This document shows positions 21,112-32,207 of a DNA stretch of 64,000 bases, piece after piece (the first letter of the stretch is position 1; each line of letters begins with the position of its first letter). This DNA comes from an uncultured Mollicutes bacterium (GTDB lineage: Bacteria > Bacillota_I > Bacilli_A > RFN20 > CAG-826): positions 23,400-87,399 of the forward strand of contig URQK01000001.1 in NCBI GenBank assembly GCA_900549975.1, read 5' to 3'. Position numbers and translations under genes: made by a program. Below the pieces are notes generated by a model that saw only the letters and a program-made list of their open reading frames with translations, had not been told where the DNA came from and made no database searches.

Positions 21112-21160
21112 TCCTTTATATATAAGGATATAGAAAATTTAAATATAGGAGAAAGATATT

Positions 21161-21991
21161 ATGTCAATTAGAACATACAAACCGACGACTCCAAGCCGTC
21201 GCCAAATGACAAACTCGACATTTGAAGAAATTACAACAAGTACTCCTGAAAAAAGTTTATTAGTTAGCATTAAGAAAACTGGTGGTCGTAATAACAATGG
21301 CCGCATCACAACTCGCCATATTGGTGGAGGAAATAAACGTAAGTACCGTCTTGTTGACTTCAAGAGAGTTAAAGATGGCATCGTTGCAACAGTTGCTACT
21401 GTTGAATACGATCCAAACAGAAATGCAAATATTTGCTTAATCAACTACGTTGATGGTACAAAGTCTTACATCATTGCTCCAAAAGGAATCAAAGTTGGAG
21501 ACAAAGTAGTATCTGGCGAAGCAGTTGATATTAAAGTGGGTAATGCCATGAACATTGGTAATATCCCTGAAGGTACCTTAGTTCATAACGTTGAACTTTA
21601 TCCTGGCAAAGGCGGTCAATTATGCCGTGCTGCTGGTACAAGTGCTCAAGTTCTTGGTAAAGAAGGAAAATATGTTATTATCCGTTTAGCAAGTTCTGAA
21701 GTTCGTAAAGTATTAAATACTTGCCGCGCTACAGTTGGTGAAGTCGGTAATGAAGACTGGAACTTAGTCAACTTAGGTAAAGCTGGTAAAAATCGTTGGT
21801 ACGGTGTCCGTCCAACAGTTCGTGGTTCTGTAATGAACCCATGTGATCACCCACATGGTGGTGGTGAAGGTAAATGTCCTGTCGGACGTGATGCACCTCG
21901 TACACCTTGGGGTAAGAGAGCTCTTGGTGTTAAGACAAGAAACACAAAGAAAGCATCTAACCGTTTAATCGTTAGAAGAAGAGACCGTTAA
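21161..21991 (+). CDS. rplB: 50S ribosomal protein L2
   Basis: Conserved L2 motifs. Confidence 0.95.
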   Translation: MSIRTYKPTTPSRRQMTNSTFEEITTSTPEKSLLVSIKKTGGRNNNGRITTRHIGGGNKRKYRLVDFKRVKDGIVATVATVEYDPNRNANICLINYVDGTKSYIIAPKGIKVGDKVVSGEAVDIKVGNAMNIGNIPEGTLVHNVELYPGKGGQLCRAAGTSAQVLGKEGKYVIIRLASSEVRKVLNTCRATVGEVGNEDWNLVNLGKAGKNRWYGVRPTVRGSVMNPCDHPHGGGEGKCPVGRDAPRTPWGKRALGVKTRNTKKASNRLIVRRRDR

Positions 21992-22013
21992 TAGGCAAAG
22001 GAGGAAATGAAAC

Positions 22014-22307
22014 ATGGCTCGTAGTTTGAAAAAAGGCGCATTCTGTGATGAACACTTAATGAAAAAAGTTGAAGCACTAAATGCTGCAAACAAAAAAGAA
22101 ATTATTAAAACTTGGTCAAGAAGATCAGTTATTTATCCACAATTCGTTGAACATACCTTTGCAGTTTACAATGGTCACGAACATATTACTGTTTATGTAA
22201 CAGAAGATATGGTCGGTCATAAATTAGGTGAATTCGCACCTACTCGTACCTACAAAGGTCATACCGGACATACTGCAGAAGATAAAGCTGCAAATGCCGC
22301 TAAGTAA
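22014..22307 (+). CDS. rpsS: 30S ribosomal protein S19
   Basis: Conserved S19. Confidence 0.95.
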   Translation: MARSLKKGAFCDEHLMKKVEALNAANKKEIIKTWSRRSVIYPQFVEHTFAVYNGHEHITVYVTEDMVGHKLGEFAPTRTYKGHTGHTAEDKAANAAK

Positions 22308-22320
22308 GGAGTGTTAGAAT

Positions 22321-22662
22321 ATGAAAGCAACAGAAGCAAAAGCAACAGTTACATCAGTAAGAGTCACTCCTAGAAAGTGCCGCTTAGTTATCGATTTAGT
22401 TCGTGGAAAAGATGTTAAGGTTGCATTAGGAATCTTAGCTAATACTAATAAATCTGCTACATCAATCGTAGACAAATTAATTAGATCAGCTGCTGCAAAT
22501 GCTATCAACAACCACGAAATGGATGAAGATAAATTATACGTCGCTGAAATTTACGCAAATGATGGTCCACGCATGAAGAGATACTTACCTCGTGCTAAAG
22601 GATCAGCATCTGGCTTAGTAAAAAGAACTGCCCACATTACCGTTGTGGTCAAAGAAAGATAG
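22321..22662 (+). CDS. rplV: 50S ribosomal protein L22
   Basis: Conserved L22. Confidence 0.93.
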   Translation: MKATEAKATVTSVRVTPRKCRLVIDLVRGKDVKVALGILANTNKSATSIVDKLIRSAAANAINNHEMDEDKLYVAEIYANDGPRMKRYLPRAKGSASGLVKRTAHITVVVKER

Positions 22663-22676
22663 GAGGAAGCAATTTT

Positions 22677-23348
22677 ATGGGTCAAAAAGTTAATCCAAAT
22701 GGTATGCGTTTTGGTGTCAATCGTGATTGGCATTCAAGATGGTATGCAAATAACCAAGATTTCGCAACCTTCTTAAACGAAGATATTAAAATCCGTGAAT
22801 TCTTATCTAAAGCTCTTAAAGATGCTTTAGTATCTCACATTGATATCGAAAGACAAAAAACCGAAACTAATAACTATATTAAAATTATGGTTCACGTCGC
22901 TCGTGTTGGCGTTGCACTCGGTCAAAATGGTGACAATATTAATGCTGTAAAAAAACAATTAAGCAAAATTTTAAAGAAACAAAAATTCGGCTTAGAAGTT
23001 GTTGATGTTAAAGAACCAAATCTTGATGCAAATATTGTCGCACAAACAATCGCACGTAAATTAGAGGAACGTGCTTCATTCAGAACTGCTCAAAAAATGG
23101 CAATTAGAGATGTTCGTAAAGCTGGCGCAAAAGGCTGTAGAACAGTTGTCTCTGGTCGTTTAGGCGGTGCTGATATCGCTCGTAGCGAAGGTTATAAAGA
23201 AGGTATCATCCCTCTACATACACTTCGTTCTGATATTGACTATGCATTAGCAGAAGCAGCAACTACCTATGGTCGTTTAGGCGTTAAAGTCTGGATTTGC
23301 CGTGGTGAAGTTCGCCCTGTTAAAAACGTAGTTAAGAAAGGAGAATAA
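22677..23348 (+). CDS. rpsC: 30S ribosomal protein S3
   Basis: Conserved S3 (KH domain). Confidence 0.95.
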   Translation: MGQKVNPNGMRFGVNRDWHSRWYANNQDFATFLNEDIKIREFLSKALKDALVSHIDIERQKTETNNYIKIMVHVARVGVALGQNGDNINAVKKQLSKILKKQKFGLEVVDVKEPNLDANIVAQTIARKLEERASFRTAQKMAIRDVRKAGAKGCRTVVSGRLGGADIARSEGYKEGIIPLHTLRSDIDYALAEAATTYGRLGVKVWICRGEVRPVKNVVKKGE

Positions 23349-23353
23349 TTCAC

Positions 23354-23773
23354 ATGTTACAACCAAAGAGAGTTAAGTATAGAAGACCTCATAGTTTAAA
23401 ATATGAAGGAAAATCTAAAGCTGGTAATGAAGTATCATTTGGTGAATTCGGTCTCCAAGCTACTTCGGGAAATTACATTACCGCTCGTCAAATTGAAGCT
23501 GCTCGTATTGTATTATCAAGATATACAAAAAGAGGCGGCCAAGTTTGGATTCGTATATTCCCACAAATGGCAAAAACAAAGAAACCTGCCGAAGTTCGTA
23601 TGGGTTCTGGTAAAGGTAGCCCAGAGTCATGGGTTGCAGTTGTTAAAACTGGCCGTGTCATGTTTGAAATTGGTGGAGTTGGAGAAGCAAATGCTCGTGA
23701 AGCACTTCGCTTAGCAGCTTACAAATTACCAATTAGAACTCGTGTCATAGCAAAAGAAGGAAAGGGTGAATAA
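23354..23773 (+). CDS. rplP: 50S ribosomal protein L16
   Basis: Conserved L16. Confidence 0.95.
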   Translation: MLQPKRVKYRRPHSLKYEGKSKAGNEVSFGEFGLQATSGNYITARQIEAARIVLSRYTKRGGQVWIRIFPQMAKTKKPAEVRMGSGKGSPESWVAVVKTGRVMFEIGGVGEANAREALRLAAYKLPIRTRVIAKEGKGE

Positions 23774-23775
23774 AC

Positions 23776-23973
23776 ATGAAATTAAGCGAAATTAGAGAGT
23801 TAAGCACTTCTGAACTTAATGAAAAAGTTTATCAATTGAAGGAAGAGTTATTCAACTTACGCCGTAAACAAGCTGTTGGACAACTTGAAAAACCTATGCA
23901 ATTGAATTATATCCGTAAGGATATTGCCCGTATCAATACCGTTCTTAGAGAACGTGAATTGGGAATTAAATAG
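23776..23973 (+). CDS. rpmC: 50S ribosomal protein L29
   Basis: Conserved L29. Confidence 0.9.
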   Translation: MKLSEIRELSTSELNEKVYQLKEELFNLRRKQAVGQLEKPMQLNYIRKDIARINTVLRERELGIK

Positions 23974-23985
23974 GAGGACTGAAAC

Positions 23986-24249
23986 ATGGAAGAAAGAAAT
24001 ACCCGCCGTGTTATTCAAGGCGTAGTTACATCTGACAAAATGGACAAAACAATTACTGTTTTAGTCGAAACTCACAAAAGACATCCAAAGTATGGTAAGA
24101 GAGTTAAATACGCTAAGAAATATTTAGCACACGATGAAAACAACGTTGCAAAAATTGGCGATGTTGTTACTATCATGGAAACTCGTCCTTTATCAGCTAG
24201 AAAACGTTATCGTTTAGTTGCTGTCGTAAACACAGAAAATGAAAAATAG
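23986..24249 (+). CDS. rpsQ: 30S ribosomal protein S17
   Basis: Conserved S17. Confidence 0.93.
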   Translation: MEERNTRRVIQGVVTSDKMDKTITVLVETHKRHPKYGKRVKYAKKYLAHDENNVAKIGDVVTIMETRPLSARKRYRLVAVVNTENEK

Positions 24250-24263
24250 GAGGAAGATAAATT

Positions 24264-24638
24264 ATGATACAAACAGAAACAAATCTTGTTGTAGCAGATA
24301 ATACTGGTGCTAAATCAGTTCGTGTCTTCCACTTATTCGGTGGTTCTCACCGTAAAAGTTCTGGCGTTGGAGACATTGTCTTATGCTCAGTAAAAGATGC
24401 TATTCCAAATGGAAAAGTTAAAAAAGGTGACATTGTTAAAGGTGTTATCGTTAGAACTAAAAAGGCTTATAACAGACCTGATGGTTCAACCATTAGATTT
24501 GATGACAATGCAATTGTTTTAATCAATGATGATGGTACTCCACGTGGCACACGTGTCTTTGGACCTGTTGCTCGTGAACTTCGTGATAAGGGCGATAAAT
24601 TTATGAAAATCGTTTCCTTAGCTATCGAAGTCTTATAA
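24264..24638 (+). CDS. rplN: 50S ribosomal protein L14
   Basis: Conserved L14. Confidence 0.95.
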   Translation: MIQTETNLVVADNTGAKSVRVFHLFGGSHRKSSGVGDIVLCSVKDAIPNGKVKKGDIVKGVIVRTKKAYNRPDGSTIRFDDNAIVLINDDGTPRGTRVFGPVARELRDKGDKFMKIVSLAIEVL

Positions 24639-24653
24639 TAGGAGGTAGCCAAA

Positions 24654-24962
24654 ATGAAAATCAAAAAAGGTGATAAAGTCATCGTTATCGCTGGCGCTGA
24701 CAAAGGTAAAACAGGCGTTGTTCAAAAAGCATATCCTCGTTTAGACCGTGTCGTTGTTGAAGGCGTTAACGTTCACAAAAAACATAAAAAACCTACACAA
24801 ACTAACCCAGAGGGAAGTATTGTTGATATCTATGCTCCTATTCATGTTAGTAATGTAGCACTTGTAGATCCAAAAACAAAGAAAGCAACACGTGTTGGCT
24901 ATGAAGTTGTTAAGGGCGAAAAAGTCCGTGTAACAAAAGCTAGCAAGAGCGTTGTTAAATAG
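24654..24962 (+). CDS. rplX: 50S ribosomal protein L24
   Basis: KOW motif; conserved L24. Confidence 0.93.
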   Translation: MKIKKGDKVIVIAGADKGKTGVVQKAYPRLDRVVVEGVNVHKKHKKPTQTNPEGSIVDIYAPIHVSNVALVDPKTKKATRVGYEVVKGEKVRVTKASKSVVK

Positions 24963-24976
24963 GAGGTTAGAGTATT

Positions 24977-25516
24977 ATGAATAGATTAAAAGAAAAATAC
25001 ACTACCCAAATCGTACCTGCATTAATGGAAAAATATCACTATGCTTCTGTTATGCAAGTTCCACACATCGAAAAAATCGTTATTAACGTCGGTGTTGGCG
25101 ATGCAACTTCTAATGCTAAATTATTAGATGATTCAGTTGCAGAATTAGCTCAAATCACAGGACAAAAACCTGTTATTACAAGAGCAAAAAAATCAATCGC
25201 TTCTTTCAAATTACGTGAAGGACAAGCAATTGGTTGTAAGGTTACTTTAAGAGGAGAAAGAATGTATGAATTCCTTGATAAGTTAATCTCTATCTCATTA
25301 CCACGTGTTAGAGACTTCCGTGGTATTAGCAAAAATGCTTTTGATGGCCGTGGTAATTACACATTAGGCGTCAAAGAACAATTAATTTTCCCAGAAATTA
25401 GTTATGAAAAAGTCACTAAAGTACGTGGTATGGATATTGTTGTTGTAACAACAGCAAATACTGATGAAGAAGCATTCACATTGCTTGAATTAATCGGTAT
25501 GCCATTCCATAAATAA
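24977..25516 (+). CDS. rplE: 50S ribosomal protein L5
   Basis: Conserved L5. Confidence 0.95.
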   Translation: MNRLKEKYTTQIVPALMEKYHYASVMQVPHIEKIVINVGVGDATSNAKLLDDSVAELAQITGQKPVITRAKKSIASFKLREGQAIGCKVTLRGERMYEFLDKLISISLPRVRDFRGISKNAFDGRGNYTLGVKEQLIFPEISYEKVTKVRGMDIVVVTTANTDEEAFTLLELIGMPFHK

Positions 25517-25532
25517 AAAGGAGGACATCTAA

Positions 25533-25718
25533 ATGGCAAAAACATCTATTAAGGTTCGTTGTGCGCGACCACAAAAATATGCAGTTAGAGAATACACACG
25601 TTGCGAACGTTGTGGACGTCCTCACGCAGTAATTCGTAAATTCAAATTATGCCGTATCTGCCTTCGTGAATTAGCTTATAAAGGCGAAATTCCAGGTATG
25701 AAAAAGGCAAGCTGGTAA
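25533..25718 (+). CDS. rpsZ: 30S ribosomal protein S14 type Z (zinc-binding)
   Basis: 61 aa with the CxxC...CxxC zinc ribbon. Confidence 0.93.
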   Translation: MAKTSIKVRCARPQKYAVREYTRCERCGRPHAVIRKFKLCRICLRELAYKGEIPGMKKASW

Positions 25719-25738
25719 GCAAAGGAGGAAAATGAGTT

Positions 25739-26128
25739 ATGATGACAGATCCTATTGCAGATATGCTTACAAGAATTCGTAACGCAAATGTGATGCGTCA
25801 TGAATCAGTTACAATGCCAAGTTCAAACATGAAAGTGCATATTGCTGAAATCTTAAAAGAAGAAGGTTTCATTAACGATTTTATCGTTCTTGGCGATGTA
25901 AAGAAAGAATTAACTATTACTTTAAAATACGTTGGTGGAGAACGTGTTATCTCTGGTTTAAAGAAAATCTCTAAACCTGGATTACGTGTTAATGTCCCTG
26001 CTGACAAACTTCCACGTGTATTAAGAGGATTAGGTATTGCTATTATATCTACTTCTCAAGGTTTAATGAGTGATAAGAAAGCCCGTGCCCTTGGCATTGG
26101 CGGCGAAGTTATCGCTTATGTTTGGTAG
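25739..26128 (+). CDS. rpsH: 30S ribosomal protein S8
   Basis: [13 protein letters not shown] motif. Confidence 0.95.
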   Translation: MMTDPIADMLTRIRNANVMRHESVTMPSSNMKVHIAEILKEEGFINDFIVLGDVKKELTITLKYVGGERVISGLKKISKPGLRVNVPADKLPRVLRGLGIAIISTSQGLMSDKKARALGIGGEVIAYVW

Positions 26129-26139
26129 GAGGTAACAGT

Positions 26140-26682
26140 ATGTCACGTATTGGTCATAAAGTTATTGAAATACCTGCAGGTGTTACTGTTGATATTGATG
26201 GTAACCATGTTACAGTTAAAGGACCTAAAGGAACTTTAACAAATACCTTTAATCCACATATTACATATAAAGTTGAAGGAAATACTATTACTTGTGTTCG
26301 TCCAGATGATACAATTGCTATGAAGACTATCCATGGTACAACAAGAGCATTACTTCACAATATGGTAGTCGGTGTTTCTGAAGGATTTAAGAAAAAATTA
26401 GAAATCGTCGGTATCGGTTATCGTGCTGCTATGAGAGGAGAAAATTTAGTATTAAATATTGGTTATTCTCATGAAGTTGTTATCGTACCTGATGTTGGCG
26501 CAAAAATTTCTGCACCATCTGCTACAGAAGTAGTTGTTGAAGGCGCAGATCGTCAAGCAGTTGGACAAACTGCTGCAAGAATTCGTGCAGTTCGTGAACC
26601 TGAACCTTATAAAGGAAAAGGTATTAAATATACTGATGAGTTTATTCTTCGTAAAGAAGGAAAACGTGCTGGTAAGAAATAG
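26140..26682 (+). CDS. rplF: 50S ribosomal protein L6
   Basis: MSRIGHKVIEIP N-terminus. AGGAGG RBS precedes ATG 26140 (the ORF track starts at 26122). Confidence 0.93.
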   Translation: MSRIGHKVIEIPAGVTVDIDGNHVTVKGPKGTLTNTFNPHITYKVEGNTITCVRPDDTIAMKTIHGTTRALLHNMVVGVSEGFKKKLEIVGIGYRAAMRGENLVLNIGYSHEVVIVPDVGAKISAPSATEVVVEGADRQAVGQTAARIRAVREPEPYKGKGIKYTDEFILRKEGKRAGKK

Positions 26683-26703
26683 TCGGTAAGGAGGAAATGA
26701 AAC

Positions 26704-27060
26704 ATGATTAATAAAGAATCAAGACAAGTAGTTCGTGCAAGACGTCATGAACGTGTTCGTGCTAAAATTAGCGGAACAGCTGAAACACCTCGTTTAAGTG
26801 TTTATCGCGCAAATGCTAACATTCATGCTCAAATTATCGACGATGTTAAAGGCGTAACTTTAGTAAGTTCATCATCGGTTGCTCTTAAATTAGCAAATGG
26901 TGGTAACATTGAAGCCGCTCAAGCCGTTGGTAAGGACATCGGTGAAAAAGCCGTTGCCTTAGGTATAAAGAAAGTAGTATTTGATCGTTCTGGTTATGTT
27001 TACCATGGACGTGTCAAAGCTGTTGCAGAAGCCGCTCGTGAAGCTGGCTTAGAATTCTAG
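26704..27060 (+). CDS. rplR: 50S ribosomal protein L18
   Basis: Conserved L18. Confidence 0.93.
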   Translation: MINKESRQVVRARRHERVRAKISGTAETPRLSVYRANANIHAQIIDDVKGVTLVSSSSVALKLANGGNIEAAQAVGKDIGEKAVALGIKKVVFDRSGYVYHGRVKAVAEAAREAGLEF

Positions 27061-27071
27061 GAGGAAAGAAA

Positions 27072-27695
27072 ATGGCAGAAGAAAAAGTAACACCAGTTGA
27101 AGAAACTGTGGTAGAAAATACTGAAAACACTGATTCAGAAAAAGCTCCTAGAGCTGATCGTCGTCCTCGTGGTGATCGTAAAGATCGCCGTGATGGTGGC
27201 CGTAGAGGCGATCGTAGAGATCGTCGTGAAAAACCTGAAAAGGAATTCAATGAACGCGTAGTTGCAATTAACCGTGTAAGCAAAACAGTAAAAGGCGGAC
27301 GCCGTATGAGATTTGCTGCACTTATGGTTATTGGTGATGGTAAAGGCCGTTTCGGTTATGGTACTGGAAAGGCTGGAGAAGTCCCAGATGCAATTAAGAA
27401 AGCTACAGAAGCTGCTAAGAAAAACTTGCTCCATGTCCATTTAGTTAAAGGCGGAACAATCGCTCATGAAATTAATGGTGAATTTGGTGCTTGCAAAGTT
27501 TTATTAAAACCTGCACCTGAAGGTACTGGTATCATCGCTGGTGGTCCAGTCCGTGCTGTCTTAGAATTAGCTGGCGTTAGAAACATTTACTCAAAAGTCT
27601 ATGGCTCACGTACACCTATTAATGTTATTCGTGCAACTGTTAATGGTTTGAATAACGTTAAATCATACAATGTAGTCAAAGAATTACGTAAATAG
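27072..27695 (+). CDS. rpsE: 30S ribosomal protein S5 with an N-terminal Arg/Asp-rich low-complexity extension
   Basis: S5 core [20 protein letters not shown].... It is preceded by ~45 aa of [27 protein letters not shown]. Confidence 0.93.
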   Translation: MAEEKVTPVEETVVENTENTDSEKAPRADRRPRGDRKDRRDGGRRGDRRDRREKPEKEFNERVVAINRVSKTVKGGRRMRFAALMVIGDGKGRFGYGTGKAGEVPDAIKKATEAAKKNLLHVHLVKGGTIAHEINGEFGACKVLLKPAPEGTGIIAGGPVRAVLELAGVRNIYSKVYGSRTPINVIRATVNGLNNVKSYNVVKELRK

Positions 27696-27731
27696 TTTAT
27701 AACCAAAAATAAATCAATAATTTATAGGGAG

Positions 27732-28181
27732 GTGCAAGATATGAAACTGCATGAACTCGAATACACAGAAGGATCACGTAAGAAAGCATTCCGCGCTGGT
27801 CGTGGAATTGGTTCTGGAAACGGAAAGACTGCTGGTAAAGGTACCAAAGGTCAAAATTCTAGAAGTGGCGGCGGAGTCCGTTTAGGATTTGAAGGTGGAC
27901 AAAACCCATTATATCGTCGTTTACCAAAACGTGGATTTAACAATATTTCACGTGTTGACTATGCAATAGTTAACGTAGAAATGTTAAATAAATTCGAAGA
28001 AGGCACTAAAGTCACCCCTGCATTATTAAAAGAAGTCGGTTTAGTCCGTAAAGAATATGATGGAATTAAAATTTTAGGAAATGGAAAACTTAATGTTAAG
28101 TTAGAAGTTTCTGCTCATAAGTTCTCTAAGGCTGCCGAAGAAGCTATTAAGAATGCTGGCGGAACAACCGAGGTATTGTAA
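27732..28181 (+). CDS. rplO: 50S ribosomal protein L15 (directly follows rpsE; no rpmD/L30 gene between)
   Basis: Conserved L15. The gap after rpsE is only 36 nt. Confidence 0.93.
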   Translation: MQDMKLHELEYTEGSRKKAFRAGRGIGSGNGKTAGKGTKGQNSRSGGGVRLGFEGGQNPLYRRLPKRGFNNISRVDYAIVNVEMLNKFEEGTKVTPALLKEVGLVRKEYDGIKILGNGKLNVKLEVSAHKFSKAAEEAIKNAGGTTEVL

Positions 28182-28182
28182 T

Positions 28183-29550
28183 ATGAAAAAACTCGGACAA
28201 ATCTTCAAAAATAAAGATATCGTTGATCGTATATTCTTTACGTTAATGATACTCTTAGTCTTCCGCATCGGTGCATCAATCTCAGTTCCTGGTGTAAAAA
28301 TCAGTGATACTGCTGGATTTGGTAACTTAGATGTATTAAGTATGATGAACCTTTTAGGCGGTGGAGCTTTATCAAGTTTCTCCATATTTGCCTTAGGTGT
28401 GTCATCATATATTACCGCACAAATTATTGTGCAATTACTTTCAATGGATGTATTACCGGCCTTGACCGAGTTAAATAAACAAGGTCAGTATGGTCGAAAG
28501 AAAATGGAAATGGCAACTCGTTATTTAACCTTACTTCTTGGTGCAGTACAAGCATATGGTATTATAAAAACCATGGAAGCTACTGAATACATTGAAGTTA
28601 CAACGATTGCAAATTCTGATTTCTTAACTTATGCTTACATAGTTACTGTATTAGTAGCTGGTGGTATGTTAGTTATGTGGTTAGGTGACCAAATTTCTGT
28701 AAAAGGTATCGGTAATGGTATTTCCGTAATTATCTTTGCTGGTATCGTTGTCTCATTACCTAAACAAATTGCTGACGCGTTTGTACAATATATGTCAAAC
28801 CCATTATTATCAAAACAACCTTCATTAATTGTGGCTGGTGGAGCAAGATTCTTATTATATATCCTTGCTTATTTAGCAATTATTACATTCGTAATTTATA
28901 TTGAAAGTTCAAAAAGAAAAATCCCTGTTCAACATGCTGGTAAATCTGGCGGAACTGGACAGAGATATAGCCAAGCAAGTTTCTTACCAATTAAGATTAA
29001 CTCTGCTGGTGTTATTCCTGTTATCTTCGCTTCATCAATTATGATGGCACCACAAGTAATTGTGAGCTTTATTGATGGCGCTGATACAAGTGCAGAATGG
29101 CTCAACGTATTCTCAAGTTCAAAAATGACCACTATGCCTTGGTTTGGTGGTAAAACATGGCAAATGCCATGGGGCTTGATTATCTATGTTGTTCTTATTA
29201 TAGCTTTTACATTCTTCTATTCTTCATTACAAATTAATCCAGAACAGATGGCGGAAAACTTCCAAAAGAATGGTTCTTACATTCCTGGTATTAAACCTGG
29301 TAATGAAACAGAAAGATATGTAAAAAAAGTATTAAATCGTGTAACCTTCATTGGTGCATTTGCTCTTGCATTTATTGCTGCGTTACCAGTTGTGTTAGTA
29401 TTGGTTGGATTACTTCCTCAATCATTAGCACTAGGTGGCACAGGATTAATCATCGTAGTTGGTGTTGCTCTTGAAGTTAGTGCACAAATTGATGGCTTGG
29501 TTGCTGGTAAGAGCTTCGAAGAAGTTCAAAGCCGTGCCGGAAGGGAGTAA
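28183..29550 (+). CDS. secY: Preprotein translocase subunit SecY
   Basis: 10-TM SecY with conserved motifs. ATG 28183 gives MKKLGQIF (the ORF track starts at 28153). Confidence 0.93.
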   Translation: MKKLGQIFKNKDIVDRIFFTLMILLVFRIGASISVPGVKISDTAGFGNLDVLSMMNLLGGGALSSFSIFALGVSSYITAQIIVQLLSMDVLPALTELNKQGQYGRKKMEMATRYLTLLLGAVQAYGIIKTMEATEYIEVTTIANSDFLTYAYIVTVLVAGGMLVMWLGDQISVKGIGNGISVIIFAGIVVSLPKQIADAFVQYMSNPLLSKQPSLIVAGGARFLLYILAYLAIITFVIYIESSKRKIPVQHAGKSGGTGQRYSQASFLPIKINSAGVIPVIFASSIMMAPQVIVSFIDGADTSAEWLNVFSSSKMTTMPWFGGKTWQMPWGLIIYVVLIIAFTFFYSSLQINPEQMAENFQKNGSYIPGIKPGNETERYVKKVLNRVTFIGAFALAFIAALPVVLVLVGLLPQSLALGGTGLIIVVGVALEVSAQIDGLVAGKSFEEVQSRAGRE

Positions 29551-29556
29551 AAAAAT

Positions 29557-30210
29557 ATGTTAAACATTATTTTAATGGGCCCACCTGGTGCTGGTAAAGG
29601 AACACAAGCTAAAAAAATTATTGCTTCTTATCATATCCCACATATCTCAACTGGTGATATGTTTAGAGAAGCGATAGCTGCTCAAACTCCAACTGGAGTC
29701 TTAGCGGCAAGTTATATCAACAAAGGTTTGTTAGTACCAGATGAAGTAACAATCGCTTTAGTTAAGGAAAGACTTGCTAAAGATGATTGCGCTAATGGAT
29801 TCTTACTTGACGGATTCCCAAGAACAATTCCTCAAGCAGAAGCATTAGAAGAACTAACAAAAGAAATCAATCGTCCAATAACAGCAGTAATTAATATCAC
29901 TGCTGATCGTGATGTCTTAACAAAAAGAATTACTGGTAGACGTGTTTGTAAATCTTGTGGAGCTCCATTCCATGTCGAAACATTAAAACCAAAAGTTGAA
30001 GGTGTTTGTGATTATTGTAATGGTGAATTAATCCAAAGAAAAGATGACACATTAGAAAGTTTAGCAGTAAGACTTGATGCTTATGAACATCAAACCTTCC
30101 CATTGGTGGAATTCTACGAAAAGCGTGGACTTCTACATAATGTCGATGGTTTACTTGGATTAGATGAAGTCTTCAAAACCATTTGTGATATTTTTGAAAG
30201 GATCAAATAA
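29557..30210 (+). CDS. adk: Adenylate kinase (zinc-lid type)
   Basis: GPPGAGKGTQ P-loop. Lid has CxxC...CxxC. Confidence 0.95.
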   Translation: MLNIILMGPPGAGKGTQAKKIIASYHIPHISTGDMFREAIAAQTPTGVLAASYINKGLLVPDEVTIALVKERLAKDDCANGFLLDGFPRTIPQAEALEELTKEINRPITAVINITADRDVLTKRITGRRVCKSCGAPFHVETLKPKVEGVCDYCNGELIQRKDDTLESLAVRLDAYEHQTFPLVEFYEKRGLLHNVDGLLGLDEVFKTICDIFERIK

Positions 30211-30216
30211 AAAAGT

Positions 30217-30981
30217 ATGATAACCTTAAAATCACCACGAGAAATTGTGTTGATGCGTGAGGCTGGTAGGATTGTGGCTAGTGTATTTGATGCACTAAAG
30301 CCACACATCAAACCAGGTGTTACGACTAAAGAACTTAATCGTATCGCTGAAAAAACCATACGTGATCAAGGCGCAATTCCATCTTTCCTAGGATATGGCG
30401 GATTTCCTGCTTCCATATGTACTTCAGTAAATGAAGTATTAGTGCATGGGATTCCAAACAATAAACCTTTAAAAGAAGGAGATATTATTTCTGTCGATGT
30501 TGGAGCAATTTATAAAGGCTATAACGGAGACGCAGCAAGAACATATGCTGTTGGAAAAATATCTGATGAAGCTGCTCGTCTAGTAAGAGTAACAGAAGAA
30601 AGTTTTTTTGAAGCTATTAAAATTATTAAACCAGGTATTCATTTATCAGATATATCACATACAATTCAAGAATATTGCGAAAAACATGGTTATTCATTAC
30701 CAAGAGATTATACTGGACATGGTATTGGTACTGAAATGCACGAAGATCCAGCAATTCCTAATTATGGATTGCCTGGACATGGCCCAATTTTAAAAGAAGG
30801 CATGTGCCTTGCAATTGAGCCAATGGTGGCAATAGGAAAATACGATACTCGTGTTATGAGTGATGAATGGACTGTTAAAATGGTAGATGGCAAATTAGCT
30901 AGCCACTATGAAAATACTATTGTAGTAACTAAGGATGGAGCAGAAATCCTTACGCTAGAAAGTAACAAAAAGGAGTGTTAA
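30217..30981 (+). CDS. map: Methionine aminopeptidase type I
   Basis: Conserved MetAP metal ligands and pita-bread fold motifs. Confidence 0.93.
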   Translation: MITLKSPREIVLMREAGRIVASVFDALKPHIKPGVTTKELNRIAEKTIRDQGAIPSFLGYGGFPASICTSVNEVLVHGIPNNKPLKEGDIISVDVGAIYKGYNGDAARTYAVGKISDEAARLVRVTEESFFEAIKIIKPGIHLSDISHTIQEYCEKHGYSLPRDYTGHGIGTEMHEDPAIPNYGLPGHGPILKEGMCLAIEPMVAIGKYDTRVMSDEWTVKMVDGKLASHYENTIVVTKDGAEILTLESNKKEC

Positions 30982-30988
30982 ACTAACT

Positions 30989-31207
30989 ATGTCAAAAGAA
31001 GACGTTATTGAAGTAGAAGCGGTAGTCGTTGAAACTTTACCAAATGCAATGTTTAATGTAAAGTTAGAAAACGGAGTCGTAATCTTAGCCCACGTTTCTG
31101 GTAAAATCCGTATGAATTACATTCGCATCTTACCAGGTGATAGAGTTACGGTTGAAATATCGCCATATGATTTAACACGTGGTAGAATAACATTCAGATA
31201 CAAATAA
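30989..31207 (+). CDS. infA: Translation initiation factor IF-1
   Basis: Conserved S1-like IF-1. Confidence 0.95.
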   Translation: MSKEDVIEVEAVVVETLPNAMFNVKLENGVVILAHVSGKIRMNYIRILPGDRVTVEISPYDLTRGRITFRYK

Positions 31208-31228
31208 GAAAAATTTAAAAGAAAGTAA

Positions 31229-31363
<135 letters not shown>

Positions 31364-31377
31364 GGAGGACATGCTAT

Positions 31378-31752
31378 ATGGCACGTATTGTTGGAGTCGA
31401 TATTCCAAATGAAAAAAGAGTTGTTATTGCTTTAACTTATATTTATGGTATTGGTTTAACAACATCTAAAAAGATTTTAAAAGAAACAAACATTAATGAA
31501 GATATTCGTGTTAAGAATTTAACAGAAGATCAATTAACTGCAATTAGAACAGAAGTTGCAAAACACAAAGTTGAAGGTGACTTACGTCGTGAAGTTGCTT
31601 TAAACATTAAACGTTTAACCGAAATTGGTTGCTATCGTGGCTTACGTCATCGTAAAGGCTTACCAGTTCGTGGACAACGTACAAAGACTAATGCTCGTAC
31701 TCGTAAAGGACCTAAAAAGACTATTGCGAATAAGAAGCAAGCAGTTCAATAG
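31378..31752 (+). CDS. rpsM: 30S ribosomal protein S13
   Basis: Conserved S13. Confidence 0.95.
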   Translation: MARIVGVDIPNEKRVVIALTYIYGIGLTTSKKILKETNINEDIRVKNLTEDQLTAIRTEVAKHKVEGDLRREVALNIKRLTEIGCYRGLRHRKGLPVRGQRTKTNARTRKGPKKTIANKKQAVQ

Positions 31753-31771
31753 AAAGTGAGGATAATTGAAA

Positions 31772-32161
31772 ATGGCTAAAACCACAGTTTCTAAGAAGAA
31801 AAAAATTAAAAGAAGCTATACTAAAGGTATCGCTCACATTCACTCAACATTTAATAATACCATTGTCACTATCACTGATGAAGCAGGTAATGCAATTGCT
31901 TGGTCAAGTGCTGGTGCATTAGGATTTAAAGGTGCTAAGAAATCTACACCATTTGCAGCTCAATTAGCAGCTGAAGCTTGTGCTAAAGTTGCTGTTGATC
32001 AAGGTATTAAAACAGTTGATGTTAACGTAAAAGGCCCAGGATCTGGTCGTGATTCTGCAGTTCGTAGTTTACAAGCAGCTGGATTACAAATCCAAATGAT
32101 TACAGATACTACACCTATTCCACACAATGGTTGCCGCCCACCAAAGCGTCCACGTGGATAA
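31772..32161 (+). CDS. rpsK: 30S ribosomal protein S11
   Basis: Conserved S11. ATG 31772 (MAKTTV...) lies after a GTGAGGA RBS. Confidence 0.93.
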   Translation: MAKTTVSKKKKIKRSYTKGIAHIHSTFNNTIVTITDEAGNAIAWSSAGALGFKGAKKSTPFAAQLAAEACAKVAVDQGIKTVDVNVKGPGSGRDSAVRSLQAAGLQIQMITDTTPIPHNGCRPPKRPRG

Positions 32162-32207
32162 TAAATATTATTTAGTCTACTAACGATTGCAAAGGGAGGA
32201 AAAAAAT

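Noticed and set aside
23403-23714. 103-aa plus-strand ORF inside rplP in another frame
   Set aside because: It is a Leu/Lys-rich alternative-frame ORF within a conserved ribosomal gene.
27014-27440. Two minus-strand ORFs (89 and 101 aa) inside rpsE
   Set aside because: They are antisense to the GAT/CGT-rich repeat that encodes the S5 N-terminal extension. They are low-complexity frame artifacts, with no RBS, overlapping a certain ribosomal gene.
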